Below, piece after piece: positions 49,499-60,517 of a stretch of 64,000 nucleotides of DNA. A program made the position numbers and the translations under genes. Location: NCBI GenBank assembly GCA_035652435.1, contig DASRDU010000083.1, forward strand, positions 3,402 through 67,401, given 5' to 3'. This DNA comes from Blastocatellia bacterium. GTDB taxonomy: Bacteria > Acidobacteriota > Blastocatellia > RBC074. Numbering within the stretch: position 1 is the first letter of the stretch; every line of letters begins with the position of its first letter. The notes under the pieces were generated by a model. That model worked only from the letters and a program-made list of their open reading frames with translations. It searched no databases and had not been told where the DNA came from.

Positions 49499-50332
49499 TT
49501 ACTTCGTCGCCTCGATGAAGAGGAACAGGCCGAACCGGTTGCCGGTCATCCTGACGATCCGGCGCGGGTATAAAGACCACGCGGCTCTGTGATACCACTT
49601 CTGATACTTCCGGTCGGGCCTCATCAGCAGCAGATCGCCGTTGCCGAGCTGCGTGCGAATGTCGGCGACGGAAAAGTCGGAGAAAAGCTTTGCGGCCTCG
49701 GCGACCGTGTATGCCTTGGTCCCGGGGCTTTCGAGGTGGTGATAGATCGCCCAGCGCGGGCTCTTCCACGGTCTGAGTTTCGCCAGACAGTGAATGCCCC
49801 AGAGCATGAAGCCCGTCCAGCTCGGCACGTGATAGACCATGATGATCGCGCGCCCGCCGGGCCTGAGTACGCGACGGACTTCGCGGATCGCCTTCTCTGT
49901 GTTCGGGGAATGGTGCAGGACGCCGTATGAGTAGACCAGCTCAAAAGTGTTGTCGGCGAAGGGCAGGTTTTCGGCGTCGGCTGCTCTGACCTCTGCTTCC
50001 AGCCCTTCCAGCGCGAGCCGCTCCCGCGTCAGTCGCACGCCCTGTTCGGTCAGGTCCACGCCGGTCGCCTGCGCGCCGTTGCGCACCCAGTTGATGAAGT
50101 CTGTGCCGGCGCCGACGCCGATTTCGAGCAGTCGCTTCCCGCGCCCGCGCTCGAACCGCGCGAAATCGCGCAGGTAAGGTTCGACCGTGTACCGCTCCCG
50201 CTCAAGCTGATCGAAGAAGGCCTTCCGATCCGCCGCCGGGATCTCGCGGGTGCCGCACGGCTGCGCCTCCCAGTGGGATTTGACGCGCTGCTTCAGCTCC
50301 GCGTCTTTCACTTCAGGTGCTGCTTTGGACAT
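49499..50332 (-). CDS. class I SAM-dependent methyltransferase
   Basis: LLEIGVGAGTDFINWVRNGAQATGVDL motif I; FELVYSYGVLHH. Confidence 0.75.
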   Translation of the reverse strand: MSKAAPEVKDAELKQRVKSHWEAQPCGTREIPAADRKAFFDQLERERYTVEPYLRDFARFERGRGKRLLEIGVGAGTDFINWVRNGAQATGVDLTEQGVRLTRERLALEGLEAEVRAADAENLPFADNTFELVYSYGVLHHSPNTEKAIREVRRVLRPGGRAIIMVYHVPSWTGFMLWGIHCLAKLRPWKSPRWAIYHHLESPGTKAYTVAEAAKLFSDFSVADIRTQLGNGDLLLMRPDRKYQKWYHRAAWSLYPRRIVRMTGNRFGLFLFIEATK

Positions 50333-50337
50333 ACTCT

Positions 50338-52272
50338 TTACCGGCTGAATGCCGATTGCGCCTGATGAACCATCGGCAGCGTGCGCGTGATGTACTTTCG
50401 ATACCACGTGTCGAACATCAGCACCGCGAACAGCTCGTAGGCGTTGTCGCGCCGCCCGCGCCGGTGTTCTTCGCGCAGGCGGGTGATGTAATCGTGATTG
50501 AAAATGCCTTCGCGCTGCACGTAATCGCGCGGCATCCGTTCGTCGAAGTAATGATCCAGCTTCGTCCGCATCCAGGCACCCAGCGGGACGTTGAATCCTT
50601 TCTTCGGCACATGCCTGTTCTCTTCCGGAATCAGTCCTGCGAAAGCCGCGCGCATGATCGCCTTGCTCTCGCCGCCGCGCAGCTTGAGCGCGAACGGGAT
50701 GCGGAAGGCCATCTCCACCACCCGCGGGTCAAGGTAAGGCACGCGCAGTTCGAGCCCGCAGGCCATGCTCATCTTGTCCGAGTACTCCAGCAGGTTGTCG
50801 GCCAGAAAGGTCTCGACGTCGAGATACGAATACCGATTGCCGTCATCCCAGGCGGGCGGGATGCGGTTGAGGTGGGATTGCAGCACGCGGTGTGAAGCGA
50901 GCATTCCGCCGTTCCGGTGCGCGAGCAGTTTCGCCTTGCGTTCTTCGTCGAGGTAATAGACCCACTTCATGTACTGCCGCGCCGGGTCGGAGTCCATCCC
51001 GTCGAGCAGCGCGCGAATCCGGTGCCACCGCCGGTCGGCGAAGCTGTCCTGGACGCGCGAGACCGCCGCGTAAGCGGCGCGCGCGGCAACGTGCGGCACG
51101 AAGCGCAGGTATTTCGCCGCCCGCACGGCCTTGTAGCGCGGGTAGCCGCCGAACAACTCATCCCCGCCTGCGCCCGACAGGGCGACCGTCACCGATTGCC
51201 GCGTATATTTCGACAGCAGGTAGGTGATGTAGAGCGTCGCGTTGCCAAACGGCTGATCGAAGTACTCGACCAGATCGAGCATCTCTTCGGGCCGCGATAA
51301 ATCCACGGGCATTTCGTGATGCTCGGTGCCGAACTTCTCAGCGATGCGCCGGGCTTCCTGGCGCTCGTCGTAATACCCCATCTCCGGCCCGTCGAAGAGG
51401 ATCGTAAAAGTTTTGACCGGGCGGGTCGCTCGATCAGCCATCAGGCCGACGATCACATTGGAATCAATGCCGCCCGAGAGGAACGCGCCGAGCGGCACGT
51501 CGCTGATCATCTGCTTCGCGACGGCATCGGCCATCAGCGAACCTAACTCGGCCCGCAACTGAGCTTCGCCTGCTTTCCCGCCTTTCGCGCCCCACTGCGC
51601 CACATCCCAGTAGCGTTCGAGTTTTACGATGCGGCGCGCCTTCAGGTCGTATTCCAGCCAGTGCGCGGGCGGGAGCTGATGAATCCCGCGGAAGATCGTG
51701 TCCGGCTCGGGGATGTAGAGGTAGGTGAAGAAGTCATGAACGCCCTGCCAGTTGACTTCGGGTGTGTAAGCTTCGGAAGCGAGAATCGCCTTGATCTCTG
51801 AAGCGAAGATCAGTTTGCCGTTCACTTCGGCGTAATAAAGCGGCTTGATGCCGAAGTGGTCGCGGACGAGATACAAGCGTTCGCGCCGCGCGTCATAAAG
51901 GGCAAAGGCGAAAATACCGTTCAGCGCGCCGAAGGCGTCAGTCCCGCGCTCTTCGTAAAGGTGCAGGATGACTTCCGTGTCGCTCTCCGAGGCGAAGCGA
52001 TGACGCCCCGGGTCAAGGGTCTCTTTCAACTCCCGGTAGTTATAAATCTCCCCGTTGAAGCTGATCCAGATGCTCGCGTCTTCATTCGCCATCGGCTGAT
52101 GGCCACGCGGCGAAAGGTCAATGATTGAGAGGCGACGGTGGCCGAGCGCAAGCGCAGATTCGGGGAAATTACGCACGCCGTCATCATCCGGCCCGCGATG
52201 AGCGACGGTCTCCGTCATCCGTCCGATGACATCGTGATCGGTGTGACCGACTATGCCGCAGATTCCACACAT
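50338..52272 (-). CDS. asnB: asparagine synthase (glutamine-hydrolyzing), WbpG-type amidotransferase of polysaccharide loci
   Basis: MCGICGIV N-terminal nucleophile; HRGPDD; SGGIDSNVIVGLMA PP-loop. Confidence 0.9.
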   Translation of the reverse strand: MCGICGIVGHTDHDVIGRMTETVAHRGPDDDGVRNFPESALALGHRRLSIIDLSPRGHQPMANEDASIWISFNGEIYNYRELKETLDPGRHRFASESDTEVILHLYEERGTDAFGALNGIFAFALYDARRERLYLVRDHFGIKPLYYAEVNGKLIFASEIKAILASEAYTPEVNWQGVHDFFTYLYIPEPDTIFRGIHQLPPAHWLEYDLKARRIVKLERYWDVAQWGAKGGKAGEAQLRAELGSLMADAVAKQMISDVPLGAFLSGGIDSNVIVGLMADRATRPVKTFTILFDGPEMGYYDERQEARRIAEKFGTEHHEMPVDLSRPEEMLDLVEYFDQPFGNATLYITYLLSKYTRQSVTVALSGAGGDELFGGYPRYKAVRAAKYLRFVPHVAARAAYAAVSRVQDSFADRRWHRIRALLDGMDSDPARQYMKWVYYLDEERKAKLLAHRNGGMLASHRVLQSHLNRIPPAWDDGNRYSYLDVETFLADNLLEYSDKMSMACGLELRVPYLDPRVVEMAFRIPFALKLRGGESKAIMRAAFAGLIPEENRHVPKKGFNVPLGAWMRTKLDHYFDERMPRDYVQREGIFNHDYITRLREEHRRGRRDNAYELFAVLMFDTWYRKYITRTLPMVHQAQSAFSR

Positions 52273-52290
52273 ATAAAGCGATGACCTTCT

Positions 52291-53580
52291 TCAACCAACC
52301 TGCTGCGTCTCCGGAGCTGGCGAAGTTTCACCTGCTATCGCCGAACGAAGATGACGGCTGACGATGTGCCGATAAAAACTCTCCGCCTGCCGCATAACAG
52401 TGCCGTGTTCTGCGCGTTCCTTGATGAGTTGCAGATTATGCTCCCGCGCGCGTTCCCGCAACGCGTGGTCGCGCAGGGCTTGGATAACCGACGCGGCAAT
52501 CGCCTCCGGGTCAGTGGGATCAAACAGCAGGCCGTTCACGCCGTCCGTGATCCACTCCCTGACCGAATTAATGTCCCCGGCGGCGGGAAAGCACCCGCAG
52601 GCCATGGCTTCGAGCAGCGTGTTCGGCGTCCCGTCGTGCAGGCTCGGCGAGACGGTGACCTGTGAGAGGCGAAAGAGCCTGGCCATCTGCTCACGCGGCA
52701 CGACCGGCAGCAGGCGCACCTGTGACTGAATGCCGTACTGCCCGGCCCAGGCCACCACCATCGGGTGATCCTTCATCGCGATGTTGATAAAGACTGCCTC
52801 GGGGAATTCCCGCAGCACGAGAGGGATTGCCTGAAAGAAGGCGTCGTTCCGCACGTACCGGCGCAACCCACGCGGGTTGATCACTATGGGCGCACCCATC
52901 GGGACATTCAGTTCCTGGCGCAGGTCTTCATCCGGCGCGCCGCAATAAAACACCGACTGCTGAATCCCGCCGGCCCCCGGTAGCACGGCGCTCGGCTTAT
53001 CAGCCTGGAACCCCCAGTCGCGCACCGCCAGTTCCAGATCGCGCCGGCAATCGCAATGGAGCGCCGACGCGCGCGCCATCGCCCGCCTGGTGTGCCGCGC
53101 CAGCAGCGCATTCTGTCTGGCGATCAGCGTGAAGTCGTTGCCCCAGACCGAAATCAGTAGCGGGCAGTCGTCAGGCGTCGCGATCCCCGCGAGCATGCCT
53201 TCATACGGAATTCGCATCGCGTGAACCAGATCGGGAGAGATCGCCGTCATCAGTTCCCGCGCCCGCCCGACGTGCCGGTAAAGTTCGAGCGGGGCAAGCC
53301 AGTCGTGCGCCTTCCTGAGCGGCCTTGCGAGCGGGACGTCCTTGATGCGGGCCAGGAGTGGCGAAAGTCGTGAGCGCGGCGGCGCGGCGGCCTCGCCCTT
53401 CGCTTCGCGGTAAAACCCGGCGAACGCGATTGGCAACTGATGCACTGTCGCTCCGGGGAAGGAATCGGGTGGACACGGGTATGACGAGATCACGTGAACC
53501 TCATCACCGGCCCGGATGAAATGACCGATCCAGTTTCGGGCAATCGGGCTGCGGGCGTCGGCGATGAAGCAGAGTTTCAT
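52291..53580 (-). CDS. glycosyltransferase family 4
   Basis: MKLCFIADARSP...GDEVHVIS start; C-terminal EGTPNTLLEAMACGCFPAAGD motif. Confidence 0.8.
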   Translation of the reverse strand: MKLCFIADARSPIARNWIGHFIRAGDEVHVISSYPCPPDSFPGATVHQLPIAFAGFYREAKGEAAAPPRSRLSPLLARIKDVPLARPLRKAHDWLAPLELYRHVGRARELMTAISPDLVHAMRIPYEGMLAGIATPDDCPLLISVWGNDFTLIARQNALLARHTRRAMARASALHCDCRRDLELAVRDWGFQADKPSAVLPGAGGIQQSVFYCGAPDEDLRQELNVPMGAPIVINPRGLRRYVRNDAFFQAIPLVLREFPEAVFINIAMKDHPMVVAWAGQYGIQSQVRLLPVVPREQMARLFRLSQVTVSPSLHDGTPNTLLEAMACGCFPAAGDINSVREWITDGVNGLLFDPTDPEAIAASVIQALRDHALRERAREHNLQLIKERAEHGTVMRQAESFYRHIVSRHLRSAIAGETSPAPETQQVG

Positions 53581-53591
53581 TGGGCTTTGAG

Positions 53592-54710
53592 TTACAGCCA
53601 TGGCGGCACAGGGCGCATCTGCCGCAGGCCGGCCACATGATGCAGACACTCGATCAGGTAAGGTGCGACGGTTTCGGTCGCGATCCTGCTGCCAGTCTCG
53701 CGCGCCGCCGCACGCATGCTTTCACGGCCCGGAGGCTGGCGCATAAAGTCTTCCAGACAGCCCCGCAGTTCGTCCGCATTCTCGCTGCGAAAGATGTAGC
53801 CATTCACCCCATGGCGCACGAGGTCACTGGCGCCGCAGCGATCGGAGACCAGTACCGGCACGCCCACGGAGAAGGCTTCGTTCACAACCACACCCCAGCC
53901 GTCCCAGCGCGAGGGCAGCGCGAGCAGATCGGCTCCGGCGATGCGCGCCCGAACCTGATCTGACGGGATCACTCCCGCAAAAGTCAGTCGGTCACTGATT
54001 CCGGCCGCCGCCGCCTGAGCTTCAAGTGTCGTGCGTTCCGGCCCGTCACCCACGAGCGTCAGATGCCAGTCCACATTCCGGCCCCGCAGCCGCGCCAGGG
54101 CGTCGAGCAGCACGTCCACGCCTTTGCGCCGAATGAACTGACCGACATAAATGATCTCAGCCCGGCTCCGGCCCGCGCACGACGTCACGGCCGGCGCACT
54201 GCGCCCCGACTGGAAGTATCCGAAGCGGTGAACCGTGTCCGGGTTGAACCCCAGACCGGTAAAGAATTCAGCGGCGAAATGTGAAATGGCCAGACCGCCC
54301 GCCGCGCCCGCTGCAATCCACTGCCCGAATAACCTGCGCAGAAATCGTCGGCCGAACGAACGGCGATCTGACTCATCCGGCGACTCCGAGTAAATGACGT
54401 AATCGGCCCGGGACAATTTCAGCATGCTCAGGGCGGCAGCAAACTCCGGATAGGCCCAGATGCCGCAGACGACGTGCAGCCGGTCACGCTGCGCCCAGGC
54501 GAGCCGCAACGCCTCCAGGATTCCGGCCCGCGCGTCAAGCATGTGGTGCCGGTAAGGCATCGCCCCCTTCCGCCATCCAAGGTTGAGCCTGTCCACTGCC
54601 ATGTCTCCGGCAAAAACCACCTGTAAATCCACCTCCTCCGACGCCGCCAGGTCGGTGAAGAGGTCGTCCTGATAAGGGGACGGCTGATTCATCCAGATCG
54701 TCAGTTTCAT
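53592..54710 (-). CDS. glycosyltransferase family 4
   Basis: C-terminal PSRWDGWGVVVNEAFSVGVPVLVSD motif. Confidence 0.8.
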   Translation of the reverse strand: MKLTIWMNQPSPYQDDLFTDLAASEEVDLQVVFAGDMAVDRLNLGWRKGAMPYRHHMLDARAGILEALRLAWAQRDRLHVVCGIWAYPEFAAALSMLKLSRADYVIYSESPDESDRRSFGRRFLRRLFGQWIAAGAAGGLAISHFAAEFFTGLGFNPDTVHRFGYFQSGRSAPAVTSCAGRSRAEIIYVGQFIRRKGVDVLLDALARLRGRNVDWHLTLVGDGPERTTLEAQAAAAGISDRLTFAGVIPSDQVRARIAGADLLALPSRWDGWGVVVNEAFSVGVPVLVSDRCGASDLVRHGVNGYIFRSENADELRGCLEDFMRQPPGRESMRAAARETGSRIATETVAPYLIECLHHVAGLRQMRPVPPWL

Positions 54711-54727
54711 CCTGCAGGCGGGGAGAA

Positions 54728-55540
54728 CTAATGGCCCGGCATCACCCTTCCCTGAACAGCCCGTGCGTCAGAAGCCCGCCGGCAGAGGACGGCATAATGA
54801 GCATAGTACAGCCGGGCCCACAAAGGTCGCGTCGCCAGCGGCAGGTAACGCCCGGTCAACAGAGTTTGTAAATATTTCAACCTCCCGGCACCGTTCTTTG
54901 TACAAACGAACCTGAGGTCGTCCCGCCCCTGAACCGGCACATATGTTCTCCTCCCCAGAATTTCCAGCCCGGAGCCGGTGACCAGCTGATCGAAGGAAGC
55001 GGCGGTGTAGAACTGGACGTGCCCGGCCAGGTTTTGTGTCCTGTCCCTGAGCAGTGATTTCACCCGGCTGAAGAACAGATCTTCCAGCGGAACCTCAAGC
55101 ACGAGCCAGGAGAAGTTTATCCTCTGCACTGAACGGAGAAATGCCCCGGGATCTTCCAGATGCTCCAGCACATGACTCAGGATCACCACGTCGTAGCTCT
55201 CCGCCGGGGCAAAATCGTCGCTGGTAATATCCGCCGCGAGGGATTGAATGCCCGGCGAATGGCTGCTGAGGTAGCTGATCGCCTCCGGCGAGTAATCCAC
55301 CGCCGAGTAACGTTGTGCGTAATCGCGGCGCTGGCATTCAGTGATGAGCGCGCCGGTCCCGCAGCCCAGTTCGAGCAGGCTCTCCGGACGGATGTTTCTT
55401 TCCCTGAGGAAGAAGCCAATTGAGTCGGCTTTCCCGGCGGCGCCCGCCCTGAGCCACTCGGCTTCGGCCTCCAGCGTCTGCTGGTAAATTGACCGGTAGT
55501 GATCCCGGCCGGTCATTCCTGCGTCTTTGGTTTTCATCAC
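54728..55540 (-). CDS. class I SAM-dependent methyltransferase
   Basis: LELGCGTGALITE motif I. Confidence 0.7.
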   Translation of the reverse strand: MMKTKDAGMTGRDHYRSIYQQTLEAEAEWLRAGAAGKADSIGFFLRERNIRPESLLELGCGTGALITECQRRDYAQRYSAVDYSPEAISYLSSHSPGIQSLAADITSDDFAPAESYDVVILSHVLEHLEDPGAFLRSVQRINFSWLVLEVPLEDLFFSRVKSLLRDRTQNLAGHVQFYTAASFDQLVTGSGLEILGRRTYVPVQGRDDLRFVCTKNGAGRLKYLQTLLTGRYLPLATRPLWARLYYAHYAVLCRRASDARAVQGRVMPGH

Positions 55541-55615
55541 TCTTCCCTGATTTATCCCGCCAGTCCCGGAGGCGGATCAGACTGAGGAGCCACTTTCTTA
55601 TACGGCACAATCTCC

Positions 55616-56899
55616 TCAGACCCGAAGGCGATCAGGCAGATTTTCATTGAGCGACCAGGCTGTGACTGTATTCGGGTTTCCCGGTTCCAGAGCCGTCACC
55701 AGTCTTTCGGCATAAGCATCCAGACTGACCTCGCGGGCGCGCTTCATGGCATTTTCGGAAAACGTCCGCAGCAGATCGGGGCTTGCGGCCAGAGCTTCCA
55801 TCGCCTCGACAATTGACTCCCAGTCACGCAGCGGGACGATCAGACCGTCCTCCCCGTGGCGGACGACGCTGCCTGTGTTGTGGGTGCAAATGACCGGCAG
55901 CCCGCAGGCCAGCGCCTCATAAGTGACTGTGGCCGAACCTTCACACAGCGAAGGCAGGAGGAAGACGTCGGCCCAGTCAAAATGGGTGAGGATCTCGCGC
56001 CTCGGGATCGCCCCGATCAGTTCCACCTCCTGCCTGAGCTGCGCCGCCGCCCGGGGCAGGATGTTGATCTGCCCGACCATCCGAAATTCGGCTTTCCCTT
56101 TCAATCTTCGCGCCGCCTCCCGGACGTAAGGGGAGCCTTTCCGTAATCCGACTTCACCCACCGTCAGGACTCTGAGCTTCCCCTCCGGGCGGCGCCTTTC
56201 CCTGGCGCGGAAGTTTCCGCTGACTCCGTAGGGGACGACCCGACAACGGTCCACGGGGCCGCCGCACGAAGCAATGCCGTCGGCGACAAACTGAGATCCG
56301 CACAGGATGAGGTCGGCCTCGTCCCATTCCGCGCGTTCGCGCGCCGCCAGTTCCGCTGACAAATCATCATTCGCAACTTTCAACTGCCAGTCCGGATGCC
56401 GCGCCTGCTCCTCGCCCATCAGCATCTTCTCCACCGCCTGCGGCGCAATCGTCTGTTCCATGACTGTCTTCAACCCGCGCGCCCGCGCGTGCCTCAACAA
56501 TTCCAGGCCGGCGGTATTAAAGGTGTAGACGCCGGCGGCATCCCCCAGACCGGCGCGAATAATCAGGTCGCAGAAAGTTTCACCGGACCACAGGAAGGCG
56601 GCCAGCTGCTCGCGACTCGTGCGCGCCCGGCGGACTCGCAAAGCATACTCCACGCCGAAGGCCGTGAAGGCGGTAATCCTGTCCCCAGGAATCCGGCCCG
56701 GCACCCTGCCGACCATTCGCCTGACGGCGTTGGGCAGGAGGACATTCGGGAGCAGAGACGTGAGCCGGGGCCAGCCCTTCACGGCGCAAAGATCAGTGAA
56801 GAAGTGAGCCAGCAGACCTCTCGCATGCAGGATCTGCGGCACAGCGTAATGCATCCTGGCGCCCAGCTGTGCAACGACCATTGCTTCAGACAAAGCCAC
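55616..56899 (-). CDS. glycosyltransferase family 4
   Basis: C-terminal LLPSLCEGSATVTYEALACGLPVICT motif. Confidence 0.8.
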   Translation of the reverse strand: MALSEAMVVAQLGARMHYAVPQILHARGLLAHFFTDLCAVKGWPRLTSLLPNVLLPNAVRRMVGRVPGRIPGDRITAFTAFGVEYALRVRRARTSREQLAAFLWSGETFCDLIIRAGLGDAAGVYTFNTAGLELLRHARARGLKTVMEQTIAPQAVEKMLMGEEQARHPDWQLKVANDDLSAELAARERAEWDEADLILCGSQFVADGIASCGGPVDRCRVVPYGVSGNFRARERRRPEGKLRVLTVGEVGLRKGSPYVREAARRLKGKAEFRMVGQINILPRAAAQLRQEVELIGAIPRREILTHFDWADVFLLPSLCEGSATVTYEALACGLPVICTHNTGSVVRHGEDGLIVPLRDWESIVEAMEALAASPDLLRTFSENAMKRAREVSLDAYAERLVTALEPGNPNTVTAWSLNENLPDRLRV

Positions 56900-57127
56900 G
56901 TGTCAACTCCCCCGGCCAGAATCAGCGAACGGACTGGAACGACATTTCGTCCGCCTCAGCCACCCGGCGAGAGCCGGCGCGGTACGGCTTGGCGTTGACC
57001 GCTGACCTGCCTCAGACGTTTGAGTAAATAAGTCCCTGCCGCTTTCATCACGATCTTCTCTCCGGTCTGCTCACGGCGGCGCGCAGTCTGTCTCGCCGTC
57101 AGACCGTCAGTTTCAGCATCTCTAAAG

Positions 57128-58492
57128 CTACCGCGCCAGCCCCCAGGAGGCAGGCGGCCCGGAATCGAACAGGTTCGGGTCCTCCTGCCTGGCCCGGACG
57201 GGCAGGATCCAGTGCAGCGCGATCAGCGCGCAGAACGGCATCATATGCACCAGGGTGAAGAGGACGAGCGAAATCAGGCCGTCGCGGTAGACCTGAATCA
57301 GGATGCAGGCCACGACCAGATAAGACAATCGGGTAATGGAGTAGTAAGGGGCACGGTACGCCCGGAAGTAGAGTCGCGCCAGCCAGTAGGCCAGCAGCAT
57401 TGGCACCAGGGTCAGCCCCGGGTAACCGAAATTGGCGTACAGCTCTCCGATCAGCCCCACCGCCGTGCCCATCTTCGCCAGAGGACGCCCGTCGGTCGAA
57501 ATGTCCTTGAGAAAATCATTCAGCCCGGGTTTTTCCTCCCACCACTGCCGGGGGACCGGGTTGACCAGCAGGGCGAAGTAAGTTTCGCCGTAGTAAAAAC
57601 GTTTGCCCTCATCCACCAGCGTCAGCGTCGCCGCCGTCCCGTCCAGCAGGTTCATATCGCTGTCCGGGTTGATGTAGGTCTCCTGGATAGAACTTCCCAT
57701 ATAGTCCAGGATCTCAGCGAAGGCGGCCCTCGACTGCCACATCCTCCCGACCGCTTTCATCGGGATGAACAACAGCACACAGATGACCATCGCCCCGACC
57801 AGTTTCAGTGGCGGCCACCTCAAACGCCGCTGATCGAGGTAGATGTAGGAAAGAAAGATTATTGGGATGACGACCCGGAACCGGTGGAACCCCTGATACA
57901 ACATGATCATCAGGTAGATCGCCATCGGTGCGAGGAGGACGAGGCGGAAGCCGTAGCGGTAAATCAGCATGAGGAGTGCCAGCCCGCACCAGGTCTGAAT
58001 CGTCAGCGCCCAGGTCGAAGTTGACCACTCGCCCAGATCAACTCTGGGTTCGCCCAGCACGGGCAGCCTCGTCAGTAAAAGGAGCGCGACGAAACCGATG
58101 GGGAACACCACCAGCACCACGTACCAGATGTAGCGTGACGACAGCCCGCCTTTGTGCCAGACCTTCCTGAGCGCAACGGCGGTCTTTCTCGCGTCGTCGC
58201 GATGAGCCTTGATCCAGGCAAGGGTCATCAGGAATATGATCAAATCCGCCAGCAGCGTGGCCCTGATGATCTCCGGGTAGGTGACGGGATCGTATTGCCC
58301 CCGCCAGTTGGTGAATAGCGTCTGCGCCCCGACGAGCAGCACGACCAGCCGGAAGGTCACAACCGTGACATGAAAAATCAGGTAAATCGTCGCCGGGTGC
58401 TGGTACCCGAGATTCCCGTACTTCCACAGCAGCAATGTACACAGCGAGACCGCCGCCACGTCCAGCATCAGCATCAGTTCAATGTTATCCAT
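57128..58492 (-). CDS. O-antigen polymerase/ligase-like polytopic membrane protein (Wzy-like)
   Basis: 454 aa; 10-12 TM helices with one large loop; located among glycosyltransferase genes. Confidence 0.6.
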   Translation of the reverse strand: MDNIELMLMLDVAAVSLCTLLLWKYGNLGYQHPATIYLIFHVTVVTFRLVVLLVGAQTLFTNWRGQYDPVTYPEIIRATLLADLIIFLMTLAWIKAHRDDARKTAVALRKVWHKGGLSSRYIWYVVLVVFPIGFVALLLLTRLPVLGEPRVDLGEWSTSTWALTIQTWCGLALLMLIYRYGFRLVLLAPMAIYLMIMLYQGFHRFRVVIPIIFLSYIYLDQRRLRWPPLKLVGAMVICVLLFIPMKAVGRMWQSRAAFAEILDYMGSSIQETYINPDSDMNLLDGTAATLTLVDEGKRFYYGETYFALLVNPVPRQWWEEKPGLNDFLKDISTDGRPLAKMGTAVGLIGELYANFGYPGLTLVPMLLAYWLARLYFRAYRAPYYSITRLSYLVVACILIQVYRDGLISLVLFTLVHMMPFCALIALHWILPVRARQEDPNLFDSGPPASWGLAR

Positions 58493-58499
58493 CTCGCGT

Positions 58500-59504
58500 T
58501 CAATTCCTTTCGGGTAACTGAACCTGCCGCTTCAGCTCCTCGTCGAATTTCCGCAGCGTCTCTTCCGAGAGCCTGTTTTTCCCGTGATCCCTGAGCGCCT
58601 GCCTGAGGGCGAATTTGAACTCGAAATACGGGACCCTTTTCTCACCGGCCTGAGTGTTCTGTTCCCTCAGTCTTTTCCAGACCCGTCCGGCCAGGAATTC
58701 GCCATAGCAGCGGAAGATCAGCTTCCAGAATGTGAAAGTACCTTTGGGCAGATACTTCTCCTGGAGGATAAGTTTGTTTCGATAACTGTTATAGACGAAC
58801 TTCGGGTCGTCATTTGAATGACTCCCGTCGGCCTTGTGATAGACGGTCAGTTCCGGGACATAAAGCAGCCTGTAGCCCGCCCTTTTGACCGCAATCGAGT
58901 AATCATACTCCTCGACGCCGAAGAAGTACTCTTCCGGCAACAGCCCCACGCGCTCGAGGACCTCCCTCCTGATCAGCATCAGCGCCCCGGTAACAAAGCT
59001 GGTATCCGCTGCCTCGTCGTACTGACCGCGGTCAATCTCGTGGTAACCGCGAACGACCGGTCGTCCGAACCAGCGGTTCATATGACCTCCCGCATACCAG
59101 ATTCTGTTCGGCTCGTGGGAGTAGAGAATCTTCCCGCCGGCCAGCCCGATGCTCTCATCCAGTTCCATCCTCGTGACGGCCTCGTCCAGAAAGGCCGGCG
59201 TCACGACCGCGTCGTTGTTGAGGAGCAGGACGTAGCCGCATTGCGGGTCTTCAAGCGCGGCCCTGATCCCGACGTTGCAGCCTCTGGCGAAGCCAAGGTT
59301 CTCTTCGTTGTAGATAAAGATGAATTCACCGAACTCCGCCTGAAGCCTTTCACCAGACCGGTCCCGCGAGCCGTTGTCAACGAAGATGACTTTCAGGTCA
59401 GGGTGAGTGGCCTGCCGCAGGGACTCCAGACACTCTCTTGAGTCCTGATAGTTATTCCAGTTAAGAACGACGACGTAAACCTGCGGCCTACTTCCCCGGC
59501 CCAT
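58500..59504 (-). CDS. glycosyltransferase family 2
   Basis: YVVVLNWNNYQDSRECLESL...VIFVDNGSRD...LLLNNDAVV (DxD region). Confidence 0.8.
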   Translation of the reverse strand: MGRGSRPQVYVVVLNWNNYQDSRECLESLRQATHPDLKVIFVDNGSRDRSGERLQAEFGEFIFIYNEENLGFARGCNVGIRAALEDPQCGYVLLLNNDAVVTPAFLDEAVTRMELDESIGLAGGKILYSHEPNRIWYAGGHMNRWFGRPVVRGYHEIDRGQYDEAADTSFVTGALMLIRREVLERVGLLPEEYFFGVEEYDYSIAVKRAGYRLLYVPELTVYHKADGSHSNDDPKFVYNSYRNKLILQEKYLPKGTFTFWKLIFRCYGEFLAGRVWKRLREQNTQAGEKRVPYFEFKFALRQALRDHGKNRLSEETLRKFDEELKRQVQLPERN

Positions 59505-60504
59505 AAAAATCCTTTGCGGCGCTGAGCAGACTGTTTGAGTAATGGTGATAGCGGAGCGTCAGCAGTTCCCTGAGGATGTAGGGCAGGCGGCGCAATCTGT
59601 TTTCAGGCAGACCCGCCCGCGTCTTCAGGTGTTCGATCTGGTCTCTGCTCTCATATAACACTTCCTTATACTGGTATCGGCTCCTCATCGCGGCGAGGCG
59701 GTCGAAGATGACTGAAAATCTCTTCACGCTGTCCGGGCTGCAGTTATTGCGGCGCAGTCTCTCACGCCAGGAAAGTTTCTCACCCTGCCGGAGTCTCGTC
59801 CCCAGTTGCTGCCCTGGGTGCTGGCGATACCTGATCAGCGGTTCCCGGATAAAAGCGAGGTCGGCGACCGCGGAGATCAGCAGGGCAATCCAGCCATCAT
59901 GGATCAACCCGGAACCGGGGATCACCGGGATCGGCAGCACGAGATCCCTGAATCCCGAGCGAAAGACCATCGTCGCCCCGGTCACCTGATTCCCCAGCAG
60001 CAGGATCGGGAAGGCCTTCCCCGCCTCAAACAAGCCCTGCTTTTTCTGATCGAACCCTTCGGACTCCCACAGGCGATAACCCAGTGGCCGCAGCTCCTGA
60101 TCAACTATCTCAGCATCCGTAAAGACCAGGCCGACCTCAGGTCTGGCCGAAAAGACTGACTCGATCAGTTCCAGTTTGTCGCGGAGCCACACGTCATCCT
60201 GGTCTGAAAGGGCGATCAGGTCGCCCCGACAAAGCTCAATCGCCCGCTCGAAGTTTTTCGTCGAGCCGAGGTTCCGGTCGCTCACAGACAGCCTGACCGG
60301 GAACGGCGCTTCCGACGAGAAGTCCTCGATGATACTTCTCGTCCCGTCGGTCGAGCAGTCGTCGCAGATGACCAGCTCATCAGGGGGCCGCGTCTGTGCC
60401 GCAATGCTTTCCAGTTGTTCCCGCAGGTATAATTCGCCGTTATAGGTACAGAGAGCGACTGAAAGCCCGCGGTCAGTGGCAGATGTCAAATCCGTATTCA
60501 CCAT
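59488..60504 (-). CDS. glycosyltransferase family 2
   Basis: LSVALCTYNGELYLREQLESI...ELVICDDCSTDGT...LSDQDDVW. Confidence 0.8.
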   Translation of the reverse strand: MVNTDLTSATDRGLSVALCTYNGELYLREQLESIAAQTRPPDELVICDDCSTDGTRSIIEDFSSEAPFPVRLSVSDRNLGSTKNFERAIELCRGDLIALSDQDDVWLRDKLELIESVFSARPEVGLVFTDAEIVDQELRPLGYRLWESEGFDQKKQGLFEAGKAFPILLLGNQVTGATMVFRSGFRDLVLPIPVIPGSGLIHDGWIALLISAVADLAFIREPLIRYRQHPGQQLGTRLRQGEKLSWRERLRRNNCSPDSVKRFSVIFDRLAAMRSRYQYKEVLYESRDQIEHLKTRAGLPENRLRRLPYILRELLTLRYHHYSNSLLSAAKDFYGPGK

Positions 60505-60517
60505 GATCCCGCCCCGG